A stretch of 48,757 nt of DNA from positions 1 to 48,757 of the IMG/VR virus record IMGVR_UViG_3300032315_000384; one strand, written 5' to 3'. Made by a program: the position numbers and the translations under genes. Shown piece by piece: positions 7,930 through 16,958 of the stretch; within the stretch, counting starts at the first letter, position 1, and every line of letters begins with the position of its first letter. The notes beneath the pieces are model-generated. The model had not been told where the DNA came from and searched no databases. It saw only the letters and a program-made list of their open reading frames with translations. The stretch comes from a virus (lineage: Duplodnaviria; Caudoviricetes).

Positions 7930-8388
7930 TTAAGTACCTTTGCCAAAGCTGGACGAGGACTTACGCTCTTGGAAGAGCGGCATCCGCGCATCACTTTGAC
8001 GCATGAAACTATTGTCCACAGCATCTGTTTGAGCTTGTGTTTGTTTAGCAAAAAATGCACTTCGCTGGTCAACAAACTCATTAGGTGTCTTGCAAAGCAA
8101 TAGACCACCGACCTCGACGTTGTCTTTAAAACGACTTTCGGGATCGGCTAGCAGTCGAAATTTTGGTTGTTCGTCGATGGAAACTGGTTCCCAACCTTCT
8201 CGGAGTTTGGCCGAAATGTTACGTGGGTCAGCTTTGTTCATCGTAGCAACACGAATCCAACGGTAGCTGTATCCGGGCTGTTTGTCTGGCTCGGGCAGCA
8301 GTTCTGGTTGCGCCCACTGCTTGGGACGCTCAAATTCCGCACGTGTTGCGATCTCTCTTGGGATCCGATTTTCTTTACTTTCAGCCAT
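7930..8388 (-). CDS. Head-module hypothetical protein
   Basis: PGYSYRWIR...KLREGWEPV...VGGLLLCK motifs; GGAGG RBS. Confidence 0.7.
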   Translation of the reverse strand: MAESKENRIPREIATRAEFERPKQWAQPELLPEPDKQPGYSYRWIRVATMNKADPRNISAKLREGWEPVSIDEQPKFRLLADPESRFKDNVEVGGLLLCKTPNEFVDQRSAFFAKQTQAQTDAVDNSFMRQSDARMPLFQERKSSSSFGKGT

Positions 8389-9310
8389 TACGGGCCTCCA
8401 ATTCTTGTTGAGCTTTCCAGTATTGTTCTGGAGTCAGGCCAAATTTTTTGGCAAGGTTAACTTGGCTTTGCTTTAGCCTGACTTTTGTGGAAGCCGTGCT
8501 ACGAACTGCCGGTGCAACAACGGTACCGGGTCTTGTGCGGCCACCTTGTTTATTGTCTTCTTCCTCGAATTTCTCCGGGAACCGTTTGCGAATTGTTTTG
8601 TCCAGCTCGCGATAATATTCTTCAGAACCAACCTCAACACCGTTATAACTCAGGTCTTCGTGTAAACCCAAGGCAAACGCCGTCATACTGCGATCCCGTC
8701 CAAACCAGTTGTTGCGCTTTTGCCACGCCTCAGCTTTACGATCTGGAGCCGGTACCTGTGGTTGGTACTGCTGTAAATCGGGTTGTACATTATTTTCTTG
8801 CTCTTGTAAAGATGGCATACGAAAACTTTGAGCGCGCATAGCCTTTAAGTTGGCCTCTTGCAACGCCTGCTGAGTTTCCAGCACCCGATCAGAGTCCCCA
8901 GATTCAAAAGCCTCTTTGTATGCCTTTTTGGCATTCTCGAGCTCTAGACCAGCGTTACTCTGAATTGTGGTGACGTATTCCTTCTCGCCAATACTAAGAA
9001 TATGCTTGATTCGCTTATTCTCATCAAAAAGCTTTTGGGCAAAGGTGACCGCCTCTTGCTGTTCACGCAAGGCTGTTTCTTTTTCCCGGCGCTCATCGTG
9101 CCAGACCTTACGCATCTGCTTGAGCTTGACCTTGACCGCATCATCGTAATGATCCAGTTCGTCGCGCTCCAGCTCTTCTACAAGAGTCTTGGGTAGTGGC
9201 TGGCGGCCTCGATCTTCCGGTGGCGCATCATCCTCAATCTCAATCTCTATCTCAACCTGATTTGCGTCTTCCTCATCAGGGAACTTGTACTCATTGTTAT
9301 CTGAAGGCAT
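8381..9310 (-). CDS. Putative capsid scaffolding protein
   Basis: Acidic N-terminus, long coiled coil, C-terminal AKKFGLTPEQY; start at 9310 with AAGGAG. Confidence 0.65.
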   Translation of the reverse strand: MPSDNNEYKFPDEEDANQVEIEIEIEDDAPPEDRGRQPLPKTLVEELERDELDHYDDAVKVKLKQMRKVWHDERREKETALREQQEAVTFAQKLFDENKRIKHILSIGEKEYVTTIQSNAGLELENAKKAYKEAFESGDSDRVLETQQALQEANLKAMRAQSFRMPSLQEQENNVQPDLQQYQPQVPAPDRKAEAWQKRNNWFGRDRSMTAFALGLHEDLSYNGVEVGSEEYYRELDKTIRKRFPEKFEEEDNKQGGRTRPGTVVAPAVRSTASTKVRLKQSQVNLAKKFGLTPEQYWKAQQELEARNG

Positions 9311-9320
9311 CTTGTACTCC

Positions 9321-9749
9321 TTATTTGCGTTTAATACCACGTGGATCGTCCACTATCCCCTCAACCGAATCATCATTGATGATGCGGAAATCACGGCCAT
9401 GAATAACCAAACGTGAGCCGGCATAAGGGCGAACAAGGATAAAGTCGCCTTTTTTACACCATGGTCCAGTTGGAAATTTCGCCTTGTCCTGGTAGCAGTC
9501 TGGTCCAAGTTCTACAACAAACAAGACCGTAGTCAAAGTTTCTTCATTGCGCATAGTCTCATCAGCTTTTATCAAGCCAACTGAACTTTCCTCGAATTCC
9601 TGTTCTGCCTCGGGAATGGCACAAAGTATTCGATACCCAGACGGCTTGGGCAATAACTTGCCCTTTTCCTCCGGGGTTGCAGTAAAGCTGTAAGAACCAA
9701 CTACTTGCGGGTTGTTAGCGTCTGTAGCTAACAAGATGGAACTAGTCAT
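9321..9749 (-). CDS. groES: GroES/Cpn10-like co-chaperonin
   Basis: PSGYRIL...GLI...VVELGPD...KKGDFILV..YAGSRLVIHGRDFRIINDDSVEGIV fits the Cpn10 pattern. Confidence 0.75.
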   Translation of the reverse strand: MTSSILLATDANNPQVVGSYSFTATPEEKGKLLPKPSGYRILCAIPEAEQEFEESSVGLIKADETMRNEETLTTVLFVVELGPDCYQDKAKFPTGPWCKKGDFILVRPYAGSRLVIHGRDFRIINDDSVEGIVDDPRGIKRK

Positions 9750-9933
9750 CCGATGTCTCCAATCGTTGTTTCAGGTCTAAGGTATAACCCCGCATGATGA
9801 GTAGACCGCGAATCTCACCACACAGTTTCTTGTACTCCTCAAAGTTCTCAACCCGTCCCTCGGCCAAGTACTCCTTGAGTTGTTCGAGCTTCTCATCCGC
9901 CTGCTGGATGAGGACTTCAAATGCATTCATCAT
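9742..9933 (-). CDS. Small helical protein downstream of portal
   Basis: EEYKKLCGEIRGL; overlaps both neighbouring genes. Confidence 0.7.
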   Translation of the reverse strand: MMNAFEVLIQQADEKLEQLKEYLAEGRVENFEEYKKLCGEIRGLLIMRGYTLDLKQRLETSDD

Positions 9934-12443
9934 TCACCTTTCGTCGGCTTGTTTTGTTGCCGCATCTGGATACGCTCTTGCATATTACGTAGCTGCTCTT
10001 CATGGCTCTTATTAGAGAGCTGCTTCATAACGTCGACTCCCTTATCCATCATGTGCCGCTGTCTTTCAGCGTCCATCTGCGCAGCTGTCTTGATTGCATC
10101 CATCTTGATGCGCTTATCCTCAGTCGCGGTCTGCGCTTGAATGCGCTCACGCTCGATCTGCTGTTGCGCTGTTTTGATGGCGTTGTCGGCCTGATCTTTT
10201 GCGGCCTTGCGCTGGTTCTCCTGCTCTTTGAGCTGGAGCTCTTTTTGTTGCATTTGAATGATGGGATCTTGTGCTTGCTGCTGTTGCTGAGCCTGCTGTG
10301 CTTCTTGCATGTTTTTCTGGAGCAACTGTTGTGCAGCCTGCGCCAGCATGGGAGACAGTCTTGCCTCGACTTCTGGAGACATCTGAACTTCTTCGCCGGT
10401 CTCGTCCATCTGCGCTGGCAAAGGCATACCCAGCGTCTGCTCCATCTGCCTGCGGTACTCAAACCCTAAATGCTCATTGATGTGAGCCATCATGGCCGCC
10501 TGCATAGCAGGTGCCTGTGGGTTGTTTTGCAATAGCGCCATGATCTTGGGATCTTGCATCGCAGCCATATGCACAACAATATGCGCCTTGTGATCTTGAG
10601 AGATAAACGCCTTGACCGGCTTGCCCTTAAGCACATTCTGGTTCTCGGTCACAGGGTCTGTCGGCTTCTGGTCTTCATCCATCGGCACCAGTTTTTGTGC
10701 GTCCTTAACACCCAACACCTCTAGCATTTGGCGGTGTAACAGTGGTAAGTTGTAGAGCTGCGGTGCCCCTTGGGCTAACTGAATAACAGCTTGGTACTGA
10801 ACAATCTTCTGCGCCATGGTGGACGCATTAGGATCGCTGACTGGAATGACATCAATATCATCATAGTCGGACTTCTTGGCTTTACGGCTACCTTCGCTTG
10901 GCTGGTAGTCGTAGTCGTCAGGTGTGTACTCAGCAATGATGTTCTTTAAGAGCCCCAGCTCTTGTTTCATTGAGTAGTGAACACGCGCCTGAATGGCCGA
11001 CATGTTTTTGAGCGTTCTCTCAAGAATTGCCAATGTGGTACCCACGGGCGCCTGCGCACTCATGTCACTCAACGTCAGATCCGCCGTATTGGCAAATCTG
11101 CGGCCCTCTTCAACGATCTGACCCAGCAACACCATCAGTGTTTGGCTAGGCTCTTTGTATGGCAACGGCAGTAAGTTGTCTTTTAACGTGCCGCTGGCCA
11201 CATCTGCATCGCGCCATTCGCCTGGAGCAATCGGTGTATCGTCTCCCTTGACCCGCATGCCGCGAGTTTTAAATCCACCGGGCAGGTTGCTTAAAGTACC
11301 AGCATCGACAAGCTGACGAATAAGAGAAGTGCCTGACTTAGCAAAAGCCCCAATGAGATGGATAAGGCCAAAACAGTAGAAGCCAAACCCCGGAACATAT
11401 CCATAATGGACAAAGTGCTGGCGCTTTGTAAAAGTCTCATCATCTGGATCCCAGTTACGGCGAATCGCCAATATATTGCTCGAACCCTTTTCAATGGTGA
11501 CCACATACGGCAACGCAATTCCTGTTGGTTCGCCATCCTTGTCCTTGTGCTCATAGCCCTCAAGGTCAAGATCAACGTTCATCTCCAGCAGCTTAAAGCG
11601 GTCATCCGACGTAGCCCGAAAGCCCATCTTCTCAGCGATCTTCTTCTCTACCTCATCAAGCACGTTATCTGGCGTACCCAGATCGATATCTCGATAAAAC
11701 CCAGCCACTTGCAATTTACGCAGCTCGTTCTCGGTCTTGCGCATCACATGGGTAATACGTGGAGAAGACTCTAAGTTACTCGCGCCATAAGGAACGACAA
11801 TATCTTCCGCAGGAACAAAGAACGACACCTGCCGATCCAGACCAGGATCAAAGTACACTTTCTTGAACGCATTTCCAGACAGACCCAAGCCCCACAACAT
11901 GCGCTCATGCTCTGGCCTGTATTCCTTCATCACATCCGTCAACTGGTAATTCATATCATCTGCCACACGTTGAGCAGATTCTTTTTTAGCTGGAGTCTCT
12001 TTACCAATGATTTGGGTCTTCACAGGCCCCGCCGCTGGGAACGTGGCCATCATGGTTTCTGATTGAAACTTCACCAGAGCTTCAGACAGCATAGGATGGA
12101 ATACGCCACACGCGCCTTCCCAAGGCTCAGTCCGCTCTTCAATCTTCATACCCAGAAGTTCTAAGCCATCAACATAAGTCTGCATCCAGTCTTTACGGCT
12201 ACTCACGTCATCGTCGTAGTCACTCAGCAACTCTTCGGCCAGACTCTGCATAAACTCATCGCTTAAAACCTCGGCCAAGTTTTGATTGAAGTCACCCTCT
12301 CCGCCGGGCTCCATGTGGATGTTCAAATCCCCAATGGTGATATCTACCGATTCAGGATCTTCAATCTCAATCTCGATCTCTGGTTCACCCAACAAATCAT
12401 CAATCCCTTGCGGTGCTGCATACAGTGACTTTTCAATAGCCAT
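9930..12443 (-). CDS. Portal protein (P22-like, long Gln-rich C-terminal coiled coil)
   Basis: 837 aa, downstream of the terminase; PGFGFYCFGLIHLIG motif; Q-rich tail. Confidence 0.85.
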   Translation of the reverse strand: MAIEKSLYAAPQGIDDLLGEPEIEIEIEDPESVDITIGDLNIHMEPGGEGDFNQNLAEVLSDEFMQSLAEELLSDYDDDVSSRKDWMQTYVDGLELLGMKIEERTEPWEGACGVFHPMLSEALVKFQSETMMATFPAAGPVKTQIIGKETPAKKESAQRVADDMNYQLTDVMKEYRPEHERMLWGLGLSGNAFKKVYFDPGLDRQVSFFVPAEDIVVPYGASNLESSPRITHVMRKTENELRKLQVAGFYRDIDLGTPDNVLDEVEKKIAEKMGFRATSDDRFKLLEMNVDLDLEGYEHKDKDGEPTGIALPYVVTIEKGSSNILAIRRNWDPDDETFTKRQHFVHYGYVPGFGFYCFGLIHLIGAFAKSGTSLIRQLVDAGTLSNLPGGFKTRGMRVKGDDTPIAPGEWRDADVASGTLKDNLLPLPYKEPSQTLMVLLGQIVEEGRRFANTADLTLSDMSAQAPVGTTLAILERTLKNMSAIQARVHYSMKQELGLLKNIIAEYTPDDYDYQPSEGSRKAKKSDYDDIDVIPVSDPNASTMAQKIVQYQAVIQLAQGAPQLYNLPLLHRQMLEVLGVKDAQKLVPMDEDQKPTDPVTENQNVLKGKPVKAFISQDHKAHIVVHMAAMQDPKIMALLQNNPQAPAMQAAMMAHINEHLGFEYRRQMEQTLGMPLPAQMDETGEEVQMSPEVEARLSPMLAQAAQQLLQKNMQEAQQAQQQQQAQDPIIQMQQKELQLKEQENQRKAAKDQADNAIKTAQQQIERERIQAQTATEDKRIKMDAIKTAAQMDAERQRHMMDKGVDVMKQLSNKSHEEQLRNMQERIQMRQQNKPTKGE

Positions 12444-12942
12444 GATTCATTCCTTTTATATCTGCACAAAGTTCATCAAATGTTAGCCCACGGTCTTCGT
12501 CTAAAAACTCAAGACTGAACAAATATCTAGGCTGCTCTATATTTAACACCATGTGCGGTACCTGCGTGTTGAATACATAGTATGAATCCGGCTCATACTT
12601 CAGTTCCTCAACATTGCACCGCAATCCATTATCCTCAGTCATGAACAAACAATGGCTCTTGCCATCTTGGATCAACATGTTAAGTCCAACCTTGCGATCC
12701 GTGTCGACATGCCAGTTATAACAACTGTTTGGCTGCATCCTCAAAATGCCGGCATGAAACTTTCTCTTATGCGCCAAAGCCACCAAGAATGCATCCCGAT
12801 TCAGCAACTGGGCAGGCACCTGCGTGGCCTCAAAGTTGTAATAGCTCACCCAGTAATCCGGCGCCAAGCTTTTGCCATAGGCCAACAGGTCTTCCGATAT
12901 AGAAGACCAAACAGGAACCATGGAGTACAGCTTAGTTTCCAT
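12433..12942 (-). CDS. Cupin/2OG-Fe(II) oxygenase-like protein
   Basis: YNWHVD (HxD) ... VFNTQVPHMVLN ... RYLFS (distal His and Arg) in a double-stranded beta-helix pattern. Confidence 0.6.
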   Translation of the reverse strand: METKLYSMVPVWSSISEDLLAYGKSLAPDYWVSYYNFEATQVPAQLLNRDAFLVALAHKRKFHAGILRMQPNSCYNWHVDTDRKVGLNMLIQDGKSHCLFMTEDNGLRCNVEELKYEPDSYYVFNTQVPHMVLNIEQPRYLFSLEFLDEDRGLTFDELCADIKGMNHGY

Positions 12943-14501
12943 TAATAGTACGGCTCTTTCCTGCGAAACGACTTTGGCTCATCTTCCTCATCAGACGCCA
13001 ACTGAATAAACCCACCGCGCCGATAACGCAGCAAAGCTTGGCTCATGGAGTCCACCAAGTCATCATGCTCGCCCGAGGGAAAGCTGGCAACCTCTTCAAC
13101 TAACTCTTCCGCCCAGTGCGTATTAGGCACCCACACGTGGCCAGAAGCAAATAAATCAGAAACAGCGTTCAACCGCGCTATTTTGTCATTTCCTTTGGTC
13201 GGCGTAAACTCCTGAACCGGTATTCCCATCGCCCGTAACTCAAAAATCAACGGGGAACCCGCAGCTTTAGCTTCAACAATCAAGGAATCCACCTCCCACT
13301 CCTTGAATTCCTCAAAAGCTCTCTGCTTTAACTCCGGGAACTCCATCCGCTTCTTAAAAGCATTTAACAAAATGATATTTGGCCGGTTGACACCCTTATC
13401 ATCATCCCGATAAAACACACCCCAAGTCGTACAGGCCGAATAATCCGCCCGTTCTGTCTTCAAAAACGCCGTATCCCAAGACTGAATGATAAATTCCACA
13501 GCAGGCGGCGTGTCCGAATCCCAAATTTGCCACCATTCCCGCTTGATAATCGCAGAAACGTCCGATGTGGGCTGCTGCATGTACTGAGCTTGCCATTTAC
13601 TAGACGGTAATTCCGCCCGCAAAGCCTCAAGCTCCTTCAAATCCCAGAATTCCGGCCACATAGCCTTGCCGGACGGCAAAATTGCAGGAAATTCAATAAC
13701 TTCCCACTCCTCACCAGACCGCTGAGCAGCAGCTTTTAACACCTGACCCGTTAAATCCCGCTTAGACCATCTGGTCATCACCATCACAATAGACCCACCA
13801 GGCTGTAAACGCTGTCTTGGACCCGACGTATACCACTCATATACCTTGTCAAAGATCGCTGGATCACTCTCAGCTAACTTGGCCTCCTGCTCCGAATGCG
13901 GGTCATCAATAATCAACAGATCCGCACCCTTACCAGTCACAGTTCCATCCACACCAATCGCAAAATACTCACCCGACGAGTTTGTAGACCACCGTCCAGC
14001 AGCTTTACTATCATGCCGCAAGCTCACATTAGGGAACACTTGCGAGAAAACCTCACCATCCACTAAGTTCCTGACCTTACGTCCAAAACCCACAGCCAAC
14101 TCAGCGGTATTAGATGACTGAATAATCTTCTTGCCCGGATATTTACCCAAGAACCAAGCCGGTAAAAGGTAAGAAGCAAACTCCGACTTCGTGTGACGAG
14201 GCGGCATATTGATAATCAGCCTCTTTAACTCCCCGCTAGCAACCCGCTCAAAAGCCCGCGCCATAATCGCATGATGCCGGCCAGCAATAAACGTCGGCCA
14301 CATAACCTTAACGAACGCCATAAATTCCTTCTGCGCCCGCTCTCTCCTCATAGACACAAGATAATCATCAGCTATTAAGCCCAGATGCTCACTCTGCCCA
14401 ACAGGCAAACTCTCTATAACCCGCAATAACTTATCCTCAGGCAAAGCCTGCAACAACTCAAACAGCTCATCATCCGACAAGCCCTCCAATACATCACTCA
14501 T
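12942..14501 (-). CDS. terL: Terminase large subunit
   Basis: INMPPRHTKS (Walker A), LLIIDDPH (Walker B), QSWDTA, HDDLVDS nuclease motif. Confidence 0.95.
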   Translation of the reverse strand: MSDVLEGLSDDELFELLQALPEDKLLRVIESLPVGQSEHLGLIADDYLVSMRRERAQKEFMAFVKVMWPTFIAGRHHAIMARAFERVASGELKRLIINMPPRHTKSEFASYLLPAWFLGKYPGKKIIQSSNTAELAVGFGRKVRNLVDGEVFSQVFPNVSLRHDSKAAGRWSTNSSGEYFAIGVDGTVTGKGADLLIIDDPHSEQEAKLAESDPAIFDKVYEWYTSGPRQRLQPGGSIVMVMTRWSKRDLTGQVLKAAAQRSGEEWEVIEFPAILPSGKAMWPEFWDLKELEALRAELPSSKWQAQYMQQPTSDVSAIIKREWWQIWDSDTPPAVEFIIQSWDTAFLKTERADYSACTTWGVFYRDDDKGVNRPNIILLNAFKKRMEFPELKQRAFEEFKEWEVDSLIVEAKAAGSPLIFELRAMGIPVQEFTPTKGNDKIARLNAVSDLFASGHVWVPNTHWAEELVEEVASFPSGEHDDLVDSMSQALLRYRRGGFIQLASDEEDEPKSFRRKEPYY

Positions 14502-14722
14502 TGAATATCCCGAACGCGCAAGTCAGACGGACGAATAGACCGAGGCATACCCTTACGCCCCTTACACAATCCCAACTCCACCAACTTCCACATCTTCCTA
14601 TTCACATTCCCCCGACTCTTCTCCCCAGTCATCCTCATCACATCATCTATAGAGGGACCATACCCATACATCTTCCACCACTCCGCTACCACTAACAATA
14701 TCTCTTTCTGCGCAGGCGTCAT
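14498..14722 (-). CDS. LexA-like winged-HTH protein (DNA-binding domain only)
   Basis: MTPAQKEIL...YGYGPSIDDV...KSRGNV...LVELG...PRSI resembles the LexA N-terminal domain. Confidence 0.75.
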   Translation of the reverse strand: MTPAQKEILLVVAEWWKMYGYGPSIDDVMRMTGEKSRGNVNRKMWKLVELGLCKGRKGMPRSIRPSDLRVRDIQ

Positions 14723-14845
14723 TTCTGTCTCCCGAAATTTCCCATAATATACCCCCCACCCAATTTTTTTGCAATACCTACCCGGGGGGTCTTCTATATC
14801 CCACTGTTACCCCCCATTTCCGCAAATCACAAAGCCCCACCCCTG

Positions 14846-14858
14846 TAAGTCATTGATT
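14846..14858 (-). promoter_or_regulatory. IHF consensus site
   Basis: AATCAATGACTTA matches WATCAANNNNTTR exactly. Confidence 0.45.
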
Positions 14859-14870
14859 TCATTCACTTTC

Positions 14871-14894
14871 TCACTATAACAGCTGTTATAGTGA
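14871..14894. promoter_or_regulatory. Perfect 24-bp palindrome, putative operator (copy 1)
   Basis: TCACTATAACAG|CTGTTATAGTGA. Confidence 0.7.
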
Positions 14895-15033
14895 CATTTT
14901 TGGGCTATTTTGTAGGTTGGGTGGCAACGTAATTTTAGCTGCATCTAATGTGTAGATTGCTATGTATAGGGGGGCCAGGAATTGCCGGCCTGATCTAGGG
15001 GGTGCGGGGGTGGGCGGGGGCGGAGCCGGCAAA

Positions 15034-15699
15034 CTACAAGGGGCTGGGCTCGTCGCCGGAGCTGGGCTCGGGCTCGGTGGGCTCGGCATCGAGTGTCACC
15101 GGCTCGGTAACAGTGAGCGGCTCGAGGATGGTCGCATCAATGGCACCGGCTCGCATTGCATCGCGCAGTGTTTGAATGAGCTTGCTTCGAGCTTGGCCTG
15201 AGTCGGTTACTTTCACCAGCTCCCGCCGTTCGGTGAAGGCCGCCACTTCGGTGACTTTGCCCAACAGCTCGAGAGCACGCAAGCGCTGGGCGGGTTTCAC
15301 GTCCGGATCAATGGCATGCGCGGTGAGGCGCTCTAATACCAAAGCCCTTAGCGCAGGCGGTGTAGCGTATGCCCGAGCTTCAGCGGCCAGCCTGAGCGCT
15401 TCTACTTGAAGTGATATTGACGGGTGAGCTGCTAAGCGCTGTCCTTCGATGGACTGTGCATGCGGGTTAGTTTGCGTGTTGTAGGCTGCACGATATGCGC
15501 CGGCTTTTGTCTCACCCGCCGCCAAGGCCTCCGCGAATTTGCGTTGCTTGTGGGTGAGTGTGGTCTTCTTTGCATTACCCGCTCCCAGCAATAGAGCTTC
15601 GATCGGTTGGGCTTTTAATCCCTCCCTTATCTGCTCCCTGGTTAGCTTTGGTCTAGCTTTGGCCTTAGGTACGGCCTGAGGTATTTTTTGGGTTTCCAT
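15034..15699 (-). CDS. terS: Terminase small subunit (putative)
   Basis: LTHKQRKFAEALAAGETKAGAYRAAY HTH and RLRALELLGK motif; upstream of terL. Confidence 0.75.
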   Translation of the reverse strand: METQKIPQAVPKAKARPKLTREQIREGLKAQPIEALLLGAGNAKKTTLTHKQRKFAEALAAGETKAGAYRAAYNTQTNPHAQSIEGQRLAAHPSISLQVEALRLAAEARAYATPPALRALVLERLTAHAIDPDVKPAQRLRALELLGKVTEVAAFTERRELVKVTDSGQARSKLIQTLRDAMRAGAIDATILEPLTVTEPVTLDAEPTEPEPSSGDEPSPL

Positions 15700-15707
15700 G
15701 GCATCGA

Positions 15708-15736
15708 ATAATAGACTATCTTTTGTCTATATGCAA
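15708..15736 (-). promoter_or_regulatory. sigma70 promoter for terS (near-leaderless)
   Basis: TTGCAT-17 bp-TATTAT; 8 nt separate the -10 box from the ATG. Confidence 0.6.
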
Positions 15737-15788
15737 CGGCTGGACTGTTGCCCTTCGGGCTTAGGGAAACCACCTATTGATTAAACAC

Positions 15789-15817
15789 TTGACATTCAAG
15801 CCATATAACACTATATT
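15789..15817 (+). promoter_or_regulatory. Strong early sigma70 promoter
   Basis: TTGACA-17 bp-TATATT with an AT-rich upstream segment. Confidence 0.8.
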
Positions 15818-15860
15818 GACTGTGCCGGTGATTTTGCCGGTTCACTTCTAAGGGGTAATT

Positions 15861-16007
15861 ATGAAGCTTCGCAAAGCCCGCAAAGGGTTCAAGCTTGACC
15901 GCATGCTAGTAATTGGCAGCAAACAATTTGAATTTGACGGAGAGCTGTTAACTACTGACTGCTGGGTATATCGTTACTACATCACACGCAAATGGGGTAA
16001 ACAATGA
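15861..16007 (+). CDS. Early hypothetical protein, 48 aa (not in the ORF track)
   Basis: AAGGGG RBS; MKLRKARKGF...WGKQ; ATGA overlap with the next gene. Confidence 0.55.
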   Translation: MKLRKARKGFKLDRMLVIGSKQFEFDGELLTTDCWVYRYYITRKWGKQ

Positions 16008-16213
16008 AAACTCAAAAAGACATTAGAGCTTCATTTTGGGCTGCTCACCCTGATTTGCCCCGCCGCCGGCATCGCTACGCTTGGACTCAGTCCGACAAAA
16101 CTGCGGAGCTGGTTTACCCAGTGGATACCCGCTGCGCCTTTGTTGACTATGTTGACCAGCTGCAGCGCGCCGGTGAAATATCCGAAGCGCTTGCACTGCG
16201 AGCCACGCTTTAA
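16004..16213 (+). CDS. Early hypothetical protein
   Basis: ORF track; DTRCAFVDYVD.L...GEIS motif. Confidence 0.7.
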   Translation: MKTQKDIRASFWAAHPDLPRRRHRYAWTQSDKTAELVYPVDTRCAFVDYVDQLQRAGEISEALALRATL

Positions 16214-16230
16214 CTCAAAAAAGGAAAACA

Positions 16231-16584
16231 ATGAAAAACTACACTCAACTACAAGCGCAAGCAATTAGGGCTGCTGATGATGCCGTAGAGCTGCACGGCC
16301 TGCCCAGCTATTCATATCTAATCAAGCACTGGGTGGAGGAACCGCTGCCCATGTATGCCGTTCTTAAAGATCGCCATGGCGACATAATTGATCAATCAAT
16401 ACTTTCGCCCACTGATACGCTGGATATTGAATATTGGAAAAACTACTTTGAACATCGCCTTGAGCTGGAGCTGCACGAAGGCAATATTCCTGACGGCTGC
16501 GAAGACTACAGCATAACCATAACCGAAGATCCCGAAGGGGTTAGCTGCTGGAGCAGCGCTAATTACATGCTGGAGGCCGCTTAA
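16231..16584 (+). CDS. Early hypothetical acidic protein
   Basis: AAGGA RBS; ORF track. Confidence 0.7.
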   Translation: MKNYTQLQAQAIRAADDAVELHGLPSYSYLIKHWVEEPLPMYAVLKDRHGDIIDQSILSPTDTLDIEYWKNYFEHRLELELHEGNIPDGCEDYSITITEDPEGVSCWSSANYMLEAA

Positions 16585-16751
16585 TGAATACCTACCATGG
16601 ACATGAAAACCGCCAAGCTTACTTGGTGAGTCTTGCCGATGATACCGGCGTTGACCTCGACATAGTAATGGCGCTCGCTGACATGCTCGGCGCTGATGAA
16701 GACTTTGACGGCCTTGTCACCAGTCTAGAAGATTATGCAGCGGGGTATTAA
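16584..16751 (+). CDS. Early acidic protein, 55 aa (not in the ORF track)
   Basis: GGAGG RBS; TAATG overlap; ...LADMLGADEDFDGLVTSLEDY. Confidence 0.65.
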   Translation: MNTYHGHENRQAYLVSLADDTGVDLDIVMALADMLGADEDFDGLVTSLEDYAAGY

Positions 16752-16958
16752 ATGAACCATACCGAACACGCATACATCGAGGCCGGCTACAAGTGCGCCC
16801 GAGCCCGCCTACAAAGTGACGAACACACTGCCCGCCATTGGAAGAGCTGGTTTACCGGCGCCCTAGCGCTCGAGCCCGAAACCGACCGCCCCGAAGCCCG
16901 CCGACTATTCGACCAAGGCTATACCGAAGCACAACCCAAAAGGAAAAACACACTATGA
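16752..16958 (+). CDS. Early hypothetical protein
   Basis: ORF track; abuts both neighbours. Confidence 0.65.
   Translation: MNHTEHAYIEAGYKCARARLQSDEHTARHWKSWFTGALALEPETDRPEARRLFDQGYTEAQPKRKNTL

Noticed and set aside
14871-14894. Palindrome as a host SOS box, given the adjacent LexA-like gene
   Set aside because: Does not fit CTGT-N8-ACAG; half-site spacing and sequence differ.
14886-15201. Pro-rich and Gly-rich ORFs in the terS-terL gap
   Set aside because: By-products of G/C homopolymer tracts; no RBS.
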